This document shows, piece after piece, positions 1 to 8,916 of a DNA stretch of 64,000 bases. The position numbers and the translations under genes are program-made. Below the pieces are notes generated by a model that saw nothing but the letters and a program-made list of their open reading frames with translations, had not been told where the DNA came from and ran no database searches. Numbering within the stretch: the first letter of the stretch is position 1; every line of letters starts with the position of its first letter. Source of the DNA: Nitrospiraceae bacterium. GTDB taxonomy: Bacteria; Nitrospirota; Thermodesulfovibrionia; UBA6902. The stretch covers positions 450,858 to 514,857 of the forward strand of contig CP070632.1 in the NCBI GenBank assembly GCA_020356065.1. Direction: 5' to 3'.

Positions 1-645
1 CGGCCGTCCTGTAATCTTTTTTTCCCTGAAAGAAAAATAAGCAGATGCTGCGGATTCAGTCTGAATGCCTATAACCTGGGTTTTGGGTGAGATTGATTTT
101 ACTGCAATTGAAATTCCAGCTATAAGCCCGCCTCCACCGACCGGAACGAGAACGCAATCCATCGGTTCCCCTTTCTCCATAAGCTCCAGGCCGACAGTCC
201 CCTGACCTGCAATAATACAATCATCATCATATGCATGGATAAAGGCATAATCTTTTTGCGACTGGGCAAAGTCCATTGCTTCCTGAAAACTCTGTCCGTG
301 AATCAACACTTCAGCCCCATACCCCCTTGTTGCCTCCTGTTTTATGATCGGAGCATTTACAGGCATAATAATTTTTGCAAGTTTTCCAAGAGCTTGCGCA
401 GCGCAGGCAACGCCCTGTGCATGATTGCCCATGGAAGCGGCAATGACTTTGCTCCCTTTCATATGCACCATCTTGTTAAATGCTCCCCGTACTTTAAATG
501 ATCCGGTTTTCTGAAGGTTCTCTGCCTTTATGTGAACCTGAGCGTCCGTTAATTTAGAGAAAGAATTTGAATGTATTAAGGGGGTCTCATGAATATAGGA
601 TTTGATATTTCCATACGCTTGTCTGATATCTTCAACAGTTATCAT
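1..645 (-). CDS. ilvA: Threonine dehydratase / threonine ammonia-lyase (PLP-dependent), N-terminal part. The C-terminus lies beyond the window start.
   Basis: Absent from the ORF track because it runs off the window edge. My minus-strand translation from the ATG at 645-643 reads MITVEDIRQAYGNIKSYIHETPLIHSNSFSKLTDAQVHIKAENLQKTGSFKVRGAFNKM...GNHAQGVA...VPVGGGGLIAGI. It has the PLP-lysine motif SFKVRGA and the glycine loop GGGGL. The frame stays open to position 1. Confidence 0.85.
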   Translation of the reverse strand, partial: MITVEDIRQAYGNIKSYIHETPLIHSNSFSKLTDAQVHIKAENLQKTGSFKVRGAFNKMVHMKGSKVIAASMGNHAQGVACAAQALGKLAKIIMPVNAPIIKQEATRGYGAEVLIHGQSFQEAMDFAQSQKDYAFIHAYDDDCIIAGQGTVGLELMEKGEPMDCVLVPVGGGGLIAGISIAVKSISPKTQVIGIQTESAASAYFSFREKKITGRP

Positions 646-1046
646 TGAACAGTTCCTCCTTTGTGAAGCCCATATCTATGAATCAAATTTTTATAGTTCA
701 CTTATGAAGCTTTGCATATACAGTACGTAAAGCAGCCACTGTCATGTTTTTTCAATTCATGAGGATTCTCAGTTATCTCCTTCTCAATAATAGGTATAAA
801 GCAAATATCCATATATACATAATAGCAGAGGAGATCCGTGATAGAGCATGTTGCACTGAAAAATGTCACATGCAGGCCACATGTCCAGGACTCGACTTCC
901 CTACGTCACCCCCATCTTCCGTTCCTTTTTCCCTGCGAGTGAGGGTCATATCTGCACAGTCTATTGCCAAAATACATCATCTTTTATGTCTATCCAGTGC
1001 CCCGATTCTTTGATATGATTAAGGTAGGAAGGGAGATGAGCGGGTA

Positions 1047-1787
1047 ATGCTTGATATTCAAAACCTCACGGTTACAGTGCAGGGAAAGAGAATTCTGAAG
1101 GGCGTAAATATGCATGTCTCGAGCGGGGAGACGGTGGCCCTGTTCGGGCCAAATGGTTCAGGGAAGACATCTCTGTTACATACGATCATGGGGTTTCCGG
1201 GATATACCGTGGAAACAGGGACGATTCAATTTAAAGGGGAGGATATTACAGGAATGTCCATAGACAAAAGGGCGGAACGGGGGATCGGCATGGCATTTCA
1301 GCGTCCTCCTGCTGTCAGGGGCGTGAAGCTGAAAGATATACTCCGCATGTGCATAAACAGGAGAGAGGACGTTGACGAGACAGCAATAAGCAGGTATGTG
1401 CAAAAATTAAACCTCGATGATTTTCAGGACAGAGACGTAAACCTTGGTTTTTCCGGAGGAGAAATTAAACGGTGTGAACTGGTGCAGCTCCTGGCCCAGG
1501 ACCCTGATTTCACCATGTTTGATGAGCCCGATTCCGGGGTTGATCTGGTAAGCATCCATCTGGTGGGGACGGTTATTAACGAACTGCTCCAGAGGGGCAA
1601 CGGTCCCTGCAAAAAGATAAAATCAGGGCTGATTATCAGCCATGCCGGGCATATCCTTGAGTTTGTCAATGCCGACAGGGCATATGTCATCCTTAACGGC
1701 AGGCTGCACTGTTCAGGGAATCCCAGGGACATATTGGACAATATCAAATCCAAAGGGTATGAAGGATGCATAACATGTCTACGGTAG
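1047..1787 (+). CDS. sufC: Fe-S cluster assembly ATPase SufC (ABC ATPase without a membrane partner)
   Basis: 246 aa. Walker A GPNGSGKTS, ABC signature FSGGE, Walker B FDEPDSGVD, H-loop ISH. Followed by an overlapping SufB/D-like gene. Confidence 0.85.
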   Translation: MLDIQNLTVTVQGKRILKGVNMHVSSGETVALFGPNGSGKTSLLHTIMGFPGYTVETGTIQFKGEDITGMSIDKRAERGIGMAFQRPPAVRGVKLKDILRMCINRREDVDETAISRYVQKLNLDDFQDRDVNLGFSGGEIKRCELVQLLAQDPDFTMFDEPDSGVDLVSIHLVGTVINELLQRGNGPCKKIKSGLIISHAGHILEFVNADRAYVILNGRLHCSGNPRDILDNIKSKGYEGCITCLR

Positions 1788-2998
1788 CACCTCATAAAAA
1801 GAGAAAAAAAGCCGGAAGAGACCCATCTGGAAAGAAAGGGGATATTGACCTGTCCGCATATTCCGGGACCGCGGAAAAACACGGACCCATCGAAACACTT
1901 AAGCAACTGCCCTTTGATGTAAAGGACAAATCACTCAGTGTAGGCATCGATGCAGAGGAGCGGTGCAGGTCAGGCAGTTTTTACCAGATTGATCACTCGG
2001 TTCTCCTCTCATCTGCGTATGCAGAAGGCCTTGAGGTTATGGACATAAACAGGGCCCGTGAAAAATATAAGTGGCTCTCCCATTACTGGTGGCATGCGGT
2101 GCATGCTGATGCTGACCAATATACGGCACAGACAGACAAGGCTCAGCATCACGGATATTTTGTGCGCACACAGCCCGGGACAAAGGTGGATTTTCCCCTG
2201 CAGGCCTGTCTCTTTATCGGGAAAGAAGGGCTGGCCCAAAATGTTCATAATATCGTCATTGCCGAGGAGGGGTCAGAACTGAACATCATTACAGGATGTG
2301 CTGCGGCCCAGGCAGTGCACACCGGTCTTCACATCGGCATCTCCGAGTTTTATGTCAAAAAGAATGCCAGAATTACCTTTACCATGATTCATAACTGGTC
2401 AGATCAGATGGTAGTGCGGCCAAGGTCGGCCATAATCGTTAAAGAGAATGGATTATTCATGAGCAATTTCATCTGCATGAAACCGGTAAAAGACCTTCAG
2501 ATGTATCCAACGGCAATCTGTGCCGGTGAAAACGCGACGGTGAGATTTAACACCGTGATCCTGGCCAAAGAGGGTTCTACCATGGATATCGGCTCACGGG
2601 TGTTTTTGCGGGCTGAGAACAGCAGGGCCGAGATCATTTCACGGGCCCTGACCAGAGGCGGAGACATTATTGCTCGCGGACATCTCATCGGTGAAGTTCC
2701 CGGGGTCAAGGCGCATCTTGAGTGCAGGGGCCTGATGCTCTCCGACAGAGGCACGATCCATGCCATCCCCGAGCTTGAGGGAAGGGCAGATAATATTGAC
2801 ATGTCCCACGAAGCGGCAGTGGGCAAGATCGCAGAAGAGGAGATCCATTACCTCATGGCGCGAGGCCTGAGCAGTGATGAAGCAACAGCAGCCATAGTGA
2901 GAGGGTTTCTGGATATTGAAATCAAGGGACTTCCCCCCCATCTTGCAAAAGAAGTGAAAAAGGCGGTCACCATGGAGGAGGACCTTCATCTGTTTTAG
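1766..2998 (+). CDS. sufB: SufB/SufD-family Fe-S cluster scaffold protein (short form)
   Basis: 410 aa and overlaps the sufC stop by 22 nt. The C-terminal region (AEIISRALTRGGDIIARGHL...LECRGLMLSD...IPELEG...DMSHEAAVGKIAEEEIHYLMARGLSSDEA) matches the SufBD beta-helix and C-terminal motifs. Confidence 0.8.
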   Translation: MHNMSTVAPHKKRKKAGRDPSGKKGDIDLSAYSGTAEKHGPIETLKQLPFDVKDKSLSVGIDAEERCRSGSFYQIDHSVLLSSAYAEGLEVMDINRAREKYKWLSHYWWHAVHADADQYTAQTDKAQHHGYFVRTQPGTKVDFPLQACLFIGKEGLAQNVHNIVIAEEGSELNIITGCAAAQAVHTGLHIGISEFYVKKNARITFTMIHNWSDQMVVRPRSAIIVKENGLFMSNFICMKPVKDLQMYPTAICAGENATVRFNTVILAKEGSTMDIGSRVFLRAENSRAEIISRALTRGGDIIARGHLIGEVPGVKAHLECRGLMLSDRGTIHAIPELEGRADNIDMSHEAAVGKIAEEEIHYLMARGLSSDEATAAIVRGFLDIEIKGLPPHLAKEVKKAVTMEEDLHLF

Positions 2999-3001
2999 GG
3001 A

Positions 3002-3280
3002 CTATGGGTGAGGCCCCGACTCGCGACCCTGGTGTTTATACTTTCGTGTGAAGGAAGTTGCCAGGCCAAATCTCTTTAACCGGATAAGAGCGTTTATCAC
3101 TGCATCTAACAGGTCTTTTTCCCCTGATAATTCATGTGTATCGATAAGACCGTTAATTTCATTGATAGTTTTATTTATTAAATATTCAGCCTTTGCGTCT
3201 TTTTTCTTCAATAACAGGAGTCCCTGGACCTTGCCCTTTATGGATTCCGCGACTGATAGCTGCTTATGTGACAGAGCCAT
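3002..3280 (-). CDS. Hypothetical small helical protein
   Basis: 92-aa ORF convergent with sufB. The sequence looks plausibly helical and Lys/Leu-rich. No motif recognised. Confidence 0.35.
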   Translation of the reverse strand: MALSHKQLSVAESIKGKVQGLLLLKKKDAKAEYLINKTINEINGLIDTHELSGEKDLLDAVINALIRLKRFGLATSFTRKYKHQGRESGPHP

Positions 3281-3542
3281 CTATTATTTTATACTATCAT
3301 CAGGATGAATAAACACAAAACGGAATGCCCCTGAAATTTTCTTTATTTATCCTTACGCTCTCAGACTAAGAAATATGGTCAGGCCCCGGAGACATGAATA
3401 CTATAACAGTCCTCCAGCAAACCAGCATACACGAGAGGTATCCGTATCCCCCGCAGAGATATGTTTCAGACTGACACAATAACAGATGTACAACACACTG
3501 CCTGTTTAAGAATTTTCAGTCACTGATCGAAAAGAATGTATC

Positions 3543-4652
3543 ATGTCAATTTCCCCCTTTGAGAGAATGAGCAGAAATATCATGGGAATGGTAATGCTGA
3601 TAATTGCCGTAACTGTCTCTTTTTCCGCCGCAGAAGAGATTCCCATAAATGAAGACTTATTCAGAAAAAGTGACTATATTGATATTGTGTATGCTAACGG
3701 ACGCTTTACCTCTCTTGGGTATCTTGGGGAAGAAGACCTGCATGACGACTATGAAAAACCTTCATGCAGCCATACGGAGATGACCCCGACTTCATTGTCC
3801 AGGGGCATATGGATCTGGAATTACCGCTATGCCGTTGCCAACGAAAGAGAAGTAATCGATACACTTTCTGCGGATAACATTAATAAAATATATGTGCAGA
3901 TTGATTCAGGGCTGGATGCCTTCAGGAGTTTTCTGGCGTATGCGGAGTTACGCGGCATCACGGTGTTTGCTCTTGATGGTGCGCCCGGCTACATACATGA
4001 TTATCAGGTGCTTCTTGAGCATATTAGCCGGATTCGGGCATTTAACAAAACACATGCGGGAGCAGGGTTTGAGGGTATTCAGATAGATGTGGAGCCCTAT
4101 CTGAATCCTGATTTCAACCTGAGAAAAAAGTATTATGCACAAAGATTCTTGAACATGATCACGGAACTGAGAAGTGCCGCAGGCAGTGACATAAAGCTCT
4201 CCTTTGCATTGCCCTTCTGGTTTGATAAATTCAGTGTTAACGGAAAACCGCTTTCGTACCATGCGATAGATATTGCTGACGAGATTGTAATTATGAGTTA
4301 CCGGACCGATTATGATGAGATGATCCGCTTTTCATACGAGGAACTGTGTTATGCAAGCAACAGGGGAAGAGAAGTATATCTCGGCATAGAGACAACGAGG
4401 CTTCCTGATGAACAGCACTTTATTGCCAGCACAAAAGATATCCTGCCCTTTGTGAACAGGAGAAATGATACCTTCCTTCTCTTGAAAGGACCTCACGATG
4501 GACTTACTGTTAAAAGAAAGTATCAGGTAAAGTCAGGGAGGCTTACATTTTTCGGGAATAAGGATCAGGTCTCATCCATTCTGCGCAGGACACCCCGGTT
4601 CAGGGGTTTCGGAGGCTATGTAATTCACAGTTATTCCGGTCTATACGAGTAA
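3543..4652 (+). CDS. Hypothetical secreted or membrane-anchored protein (possibly a TIM-barrel glycoside-hydrolase-like fold)
   Basis: 369 aa with an N-terminal hydrophobic segment (MVMLIIAVTVSFSAA). The alternating beta/alpha pattern (IWIWNY, INKIYVQ, VFALDG, IQIDVEPY, IVIMSY) suggests a TIM barrel. The family is not recognised. Confidence 0.5.
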   Translation: MSISPFERMSRNIMGMVMLIIAVTVSFSAAEEIPINEDLFRKSDYIDIVYANGRFTSLGYLGEEDLHDDYEKPSCSHTEMTPTSLSRGIWIWNYRYAVANEREVIDTLSADNINKIYVQIDSGLDAFRSFLAYAELRGITVFALDGAPGYIHDYQVLLEHISRIRAFNKTHAGAGFEGIQIDVEPYLNPDFNLRKKYYAQRFLNMITELRSAAGSDIKLSFALPFWFDKFSVNGKPLSYHAIDIADEIVIMSYRTDYDEMIRFSYEELCYASNRGREVYLGIETTRLPDEQHFIASTKDILPFVNRRNDTFLLLKGPHDGLTVKRKYQVKSGRLTFFGNKDQVSSILRRTPRFRGFGGYVIHSYSGLYE

Positions 4653-4793
4653 GTTCAGAAAAACGGGGATGTGAGTGAAAAGTGCAAAAAATAGAATCAT
4701 CTTAAAGACAGCTTCCCTGGACATTCAGCTCTGAGAATCGTCCATCATCGTCAACGTATTTCAGAGTGACTCCCTGTCTCCAGGTGATTCCAT

Positions 4794-4965
4794 AAAAAAA
4801 GTGGGACACTCCGGCAGGGCTAATCCCTGACATTTTTCTGTGAGTGATAAGGTGTTACTCCCTCTTCATTCCTGAAGAAGGAGACTGTCCACCGTCTCCT
4901 ACCGCTCACTAACCGATCTCCCCGGTTCTTAGCTTCATCCATCCCGGAGTATCACACTATCTTCT
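4794..4965 (-). ncRNA. Candidate structured small RNA of unknown class
   Basis: Lies in a 530-bp ORF-free gap. On the minus strand, a TATAAT box (RC of 4972-4977) precedes a roughly 170-nt segment. Its 5' end GUGUGAUACUCCGG (4957-4944) pairs with its 3' end CCGGAGUGUCCCAC (4814-4801), which is followed directly by U7 (4800-4794). Internal hairpins: AACCG/CGGUU, GGAGAC-N8-GUCUCC, and UUCUUCA-GGAA-UGAAGAG (a GNRA-type loop). Confidence 0.35.
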
Positions 4966-5008
4966 ACTTATATTATACCTCTCTTTAGCCCTGCAGTATA
5001 GGAAGTTA

Positions 5009-5040
5009 AATTAAGAATTCGTAATTTATAATTCTTAATT
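5009..5040. promoter_or_regulatory. Perfect 11-bp inverted repeat (AATTAAGAATT-N10-AATTCTTAATT), a candidate operator
   Basis: Read directly from the sequence. It lies between the candidate minus-strand -10 (4972-4977) and the plus-strand -35 (5062-5067) of the EAL gene. Confidence 0.4.
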
Positions 5041-5061
5041 CAGGACGTTTCGTAAAAGCGA

Positions 5062-5089
5062 TTGACTTCCCCCATTACTCTGATAAACT
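5062..5089 (+). promoter_or_regulatory. Sigma-70-type promoter candidate for the EAL gene
   Basis: TTGACT (5062-5067), a 16-nt spacer, then TAAACT (5084-5089). This leaves a structured leader of about 90 nt before the ATG at 5185. Confidence 0.45.
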
Positions 5090-5184
5090 TTAAAGTAAGT
5101 TACCCCGCGCTTACCTGAACGGGTTACGGATGAGGGGTTCCTGCCCGCGACAGCAGGGCAGTAGGGAGAAAACGAAAGATCAGT

Positions 5185-6408
5185 ATGCTTATGGCTGGTC
5201 AGAAATATATATTACCATCAGGATCTGCTCAATATGACACATCTTCAGAAGAGCGGTACGCCCTCGCTTTGAAAATTCAGGACCGGGAGAAATTTCAGAG
5301 GATATTCGGCAGCAGCATTTCATCATTGGCCTTCGAGGATGTGACCGGCGGATTCAGGGATATATCGAACAGCCTTTTGGAGCGGTACCATATCCAGTCT
5401 GACGTCATCTCTCCTGAACCAGGCATGTGGTATGTATTGTTTACTCCGGACAAGACGGATCTGCCCATGGATATTAACGAGCAGATGGACACGTTAACAG
5501 TTGCGGGAAAGCAGTACGCCAGATCAATGCTCCAGGAGAATTTCGGTTCTGCAACCGGTTCATGGATGGATTTTCAGTTGGCAGTTTTTCCTGTTCCAGC
5601 ATACCTTTCAGGGCATGCCATGCAATCCTGTCTGAATGACTCACTTCGCAGCTGTCCCTCTACAGGCAAACAGCATGTAACGGTCAGCAAGGACGACCTG
5701 TGGAACATAATTGACAACGCTGATGTTGACATATATCTTCACCCGATAATTTCACTTACCGATGATACAGTCGCTGGATATGAGGCACTTGCCAGAGGTC
5801 CTCTGGAAAGTGCCGTATTTAATGCACCTGACCTCTTTGGCACGGCTTCTTACTATGGATTTCAGGACAAGCTTGAAATCGCATGTATCACAAAGGCATT
5901 AGATAAAAGCATGAACCTCAGGGATCCTTACTGGATAACGATAAACGTCAGTCCCCATGTGCTAGCAAGCCCGGCATTCCTGGATATTATTAACCGGACC
6001 CATCTGAGTGACATGCTTCATAGGATTATATTTGAAATAACCGAGTATGTTCCCATTCAGACTACTGAGAGACTGGTCAGAACAGTCCATCATCTAAAGG
6101 ATCGGGGGGTGTCGCTGGCACTGGATGATACCGGGTGCGGCTTTGCCCATCTGGAGACGATTAAAAATATCCCTTTTAAAATAGTAAAACTCTGCATCAC
6201 CGTTACAAGCAGGATTGGCAGACACCCTGACATCATACAGGATATCTGCCGGACCGTTGATACGATAAATGCGATGGGAGGAGTTGTTCTCGGCGAAGGG
6301 GTTGAGCAGAAGGAACAAATTGATGTATTCAGAAGCACCGGCGTTTTACTCGTACAGGGCTTCTATTACGGACAACCCCGGCATATAGATCAGGTGCTGC
6401 AGCTATAG
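5185..6408 (+). CDS. EAL-domain c-di-GMP phosphodiesterase with an uncharacterised N-terminal domain of about 190 aa
   Basis: 407 aa. Motifs present: YEALARG, INVS, FEITE, LALDDTGCGF, KIVKL, GEGVEQKEQ, VQGFYYGQP. The key EAL catalytic residues appear to be retained. Confidence 0.85.
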   Translation: MLMAGQKYILPSGSAQYDTSSEERYALALKIQDREKFQRIFGSSISSLAFEDVTGGFRDISNSLLERYHIQSDVISPEPGMWYVLFTPDKTDLPMDINEQMDTLTVAGKQYARSMLQENFGSATGSWMDFQLAVFPVPAYLSGHAMQSCLNDSLRSCPSTGKQHVTVSKDDLWNIIDNADVDIYLHPIISLTDDTVAGYEALARGPLESAVFNAPDLFGTASYYGFQDKLEIACITKALDKSMNLRDPYWITINVSPHVLASPAFLDIINRTHLSDMLHRIIFEITEYVPIQTTERLVRTVHHLKDRGVSLALDDTGCGFAHLETIKNIPFKIVKLCITVTSRIGRHPDIIQDICRTVDTINAMGGVVLGEGVEQKEQIDVFRSTGVLLVQGFYYGQPRHIDQVLQL

Positions 6409-6490
6409 GTGAAAAAGGGCTTTTTGATTAAGTATTGAAAAACATGTATGAATTATCCGGGCTATAAGACAAGTATGGACACGTATGTTT

Positions 6491-7336
6491 TTACATCTTA
6501 TACTTTTCGTTTAATTTGTCTAAATCCGCAACGTATTGTTCCCTGTTCATTAACCCGGTCTGACTGCTGATTTCAGGTAAGAGTAATGCAATTCGTGGTC
6601 GTATGTCTAATCCATATGCATTTAACAGTACATCATTCGCCTTGTCCAAAATGAGCACACAATAGTAGGTTGTTAACGTTCTCACCTTCGCATGTCTTCT
6701 CAATAAATAACTTCTTCCCGAAAGTGTGTTTAAAAAATAACCTGAATACGTGTACAGCATTTCAAGAGAAGGACGATTTATTTCCTTTTCACCGGACGGG
6801 ACATTTATGGTAAACCAAAGGTAAAAGGTCTCCATCATTGATTCGATAATATCTGACTCATTTTCTAAAATTTCCCTTATCAGATTGATACGTTTTATAC
6901 CAAGAACCCTGAAAAAGTGAGCCATATTGCTGTATAACGAATAAAGAGACTCTGTTTCACCAACGATAAGAGGGGGGTGAGAAGATAATTCTTTTATTGT
7001 CAGCTGAAACTGCTGAAAAGCACCCCCTTCGAGCTGATACGCAGAAACATATTCCCGTGAATCGAGATAAGAAAAAAAAGCCATTACCTGACTCTCTACC
7101 TCTTCAAGGCTGATCTGTGTTTTTTCTCCGGGAATTGCTTCCGGCGCTTTCCCGAAAACCTCAATGAGCCTGTCTGCAGGAATACCCGGCTTCTCGACCT
7201 CCTTCAGTTCATCCTGCACCTGAATTCTTGCAGTTTCAACCTGCTCCGTGTGCCATTTCATGAAAAGGGTATAGGCAACATACCCGGTTATCCCGAGAAC
7301 GATTAAAACTATTAAAATCTGAATAAATCTTCTCAT
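6491..7336 (-). CDS. Hypothetical membrane-anchored protein
   Basis: 281 aa with a single N-terminal TM (IQILIVLIVLGITGYVAYTLF). Last gene of the apparent bactofilin operon. Confidence 0.55.
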   Translation of the reverse strand: MRRFIQILIVLIVLGITGYVAYTLFMKWHTEQVETARIQVQDELKEVEKPGIPADRLIEVFGKAPEAIPGEKTQISLEEVESQVMAFFSYLDSREYVSAYQLEGGAFQQFQLTIKELSSHPPLIVGETESLYSLYSNMAHFFRVLGIKRINLIREILENESDIIESMMETFYLWFTINVPSGEKEINRPSLEMLYTYSGYFLNTLSGRSYLLRRHAKVRTLTTYYCVLILDKANDVLLNAYGLDIRPRIALLLPEISSQTGLMNREQYVADLDKLNEKYKM

Positions 7337-7447
7337 ATCACATAATATATTATCTTGATAAGAATATGATAGGTCTCAGAATCCACAGGGGCAGCAGTAT
7401 GCGATTGGTCAGAAAAAAAGTAAAAAGTACAAATTAGGAATTAAGAG

Positions 7448-7906
7448 CTAGATGAGCTGCAGAATCTTAAAGAAAGGGTTGTCAGGAGTGACAAGCAGAA
7501 GTCCTGCAAGTCCATTAATTATTCTTACAAACTTAACGTTCTCTCTCTGCGACGGGTGGACCCTGCTTGCATATAATTGGGCCGGGGTCCAGAACAGCCA
7601 CATATCTGCTATGCACACGATCAGCATGGCAATAACACCATGCTCAAAACCACGGATCGCAGAGATGTCGGAAAAAACCTTCCAGGGCAGCGGTGATATG
7701 TCTCCCCGGGCAAAGGAGCTGATATGCCAGGGAATAAAGACGACTACGGATATGCACCATCCTTCATGAGCAAAGAACCTGACTATGCCGTGCTCCGGAA
7801 CTTTTATCATGCCCTTCAGTGACAGCACGATCGTTGCAAGAAAAGTTATGGGGATAACGACCCATGACGCCGCATCCCAGGCATTCAACAGGTAATTCAT
7901 GTGCAC
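7448..7906 (-). CDS. Hypothetical integral membrane protein (about 4 TM)
   Basis: 152 aa with four hydrophobic segments. Starts 31 nt after the bactofilin stop. Confidence 0.55.
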   Translation of the reverse strand: MHMNYLLNAWDAASWVVIPITFLATIVLSLKGMIKVPEHGIVRFFAHEGWCISVVVFIPWHISSFARGDISPLPWKVFSDISAIRGFEHGVIAMLIVCIADMWLFWTPAQLYASRVHPSQRENVKFVRIINGLAGLLLVTPDNPFFKILQLI

Positions 7907-7937
7907 CCCATCTCATTTCAATTTCTACTCCATGACT

Positions 7938-8564
7938 TTATTGCACTCCAACCAATTTATTTACAGGTGGTTTTATATCCTCTACCTTTTTCTCCGGTTT
8001 TTTATCTTCTTTTTTACTCTCTTCATTCAGGCGGCACAGATGTACTTCAACTTTGGCACCCCTGGACACAGAAATATACTCTCTGTAAAACAATTCTCCC
8101 TTCACTCGAGCGTTCGCACCGATTTCGATCTCAGTTCCTTCCAGCCGGCCGGAAAATTCACAGTTAACAAATATCTTACCCTGTGCTTTTACCTCCCCCC
8201 CCGTGAATTTACCGGAGATTGATACATTGCCGCCAGTTGTAATGTTTCCGTTCCTTAATTCTCCCCTGATGTCAACATCTCCCATCCCGGATTCAATATT
8301 CCCGCTGCAGGAACCCTTGATGACAATATTTGATTTATCCTTTGCAGTAATATTACCTTTCACATCACCACTCAAAACCAGGTCACAGGTTACGTTGATA
8401 TCTCCTGTTACTTTGCTTCCCTTGAGAATGTTATTGATCTTTCTTTCTCCGGTACTGTTGTCAGGGTTCATATTCCCATTCGTTTTGCCGGTCTCCTTCG
8501 GGGGGTCTTTTTCCAGGCTGTCGGTATTTCCATTATTTTTTTCAGATACCCACTTTTTAAGCAT
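7938..8564 (-). CDS. Bactofilin (DUF583) cytoskeletal protein with a disordered N-terminal region and a Lys/Glu-rich C-terminal tail
   Basis: 208 aa. Repetitive beta-helix windings are visible (GDINVTCDLVLSGDVKGNITAKDKSNIVIKGSCSGNIES...VDIRGELRNGNITTGGNVSISGKFTGGEVKAQGKIFV...GRLEGTEIEIGANARVKGEL). Confidence 0.8.
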   Translation of the reverse strand: MLKKWVSEKNNGNTDSLEKDPPKETGKTNGNMNPDNSTGERKINNILKGSKVTGDINVTCDLVLSGDVKGNITAKDKSNIVIKGSCSGNIESGMGDVDIRGELRNGNITTGGNVSISGKFTGGEVKAQGKIFVNCEFSGRLEGTEIEIGANARVKGELFYREYISVSRGAKVEVHLCRLNEESKKEDKKPEKKVEDIKPPVNKLVGVQ

Positions 8565-8916
8565 TCTTTACCTCCTGAGTTTTAATGTATATAAGTGACA
8601 TTATCGAAACATCTTCCTTTCTTATTAAGTAAATATGAAGATAATCTTTCTTCAGCATAACTCATTATCATTATTGTATAAAATAATCCTTTATTCATTG
8701 AAAATCAGTGATGTAAATTACATGATTGTGTGAAAGACGCAATTTCCCCATGACCAAGCCCCTGATAATACTCCGAAAAGTACAAAAATGCAGGATTGAT
8801 GCCGGGCCTTCTGAGATCTGTTTTCATGAATAGTTCTCAGTCCGGCTCAATTCCTGTGCGTTGTATCACAGTAACTGAATATGAATTAATTATTTAATAA
8901 GAATGTGGAGGTGTAG

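Noticed and set aside
744-1013. 89-aa ORF in the ilvA/sufC divergent intergenic region
   Set aside because: No RBS, odd composition and no motif. The region is more plausibly promoter or leader DNA. I found no recognisable riboswitch or regulator site in it either.
4940-4942. 41-codon minus-strand ORF (MDEAKNRGDRLVSGRRRW...) inside the candidate RNA
   Set aside because: No Shine-Dalgarno sequence, and an arginine-rich composition typical of a GC-rich structured region. It is kept only as an alternative explanation in the ncRNA finding.
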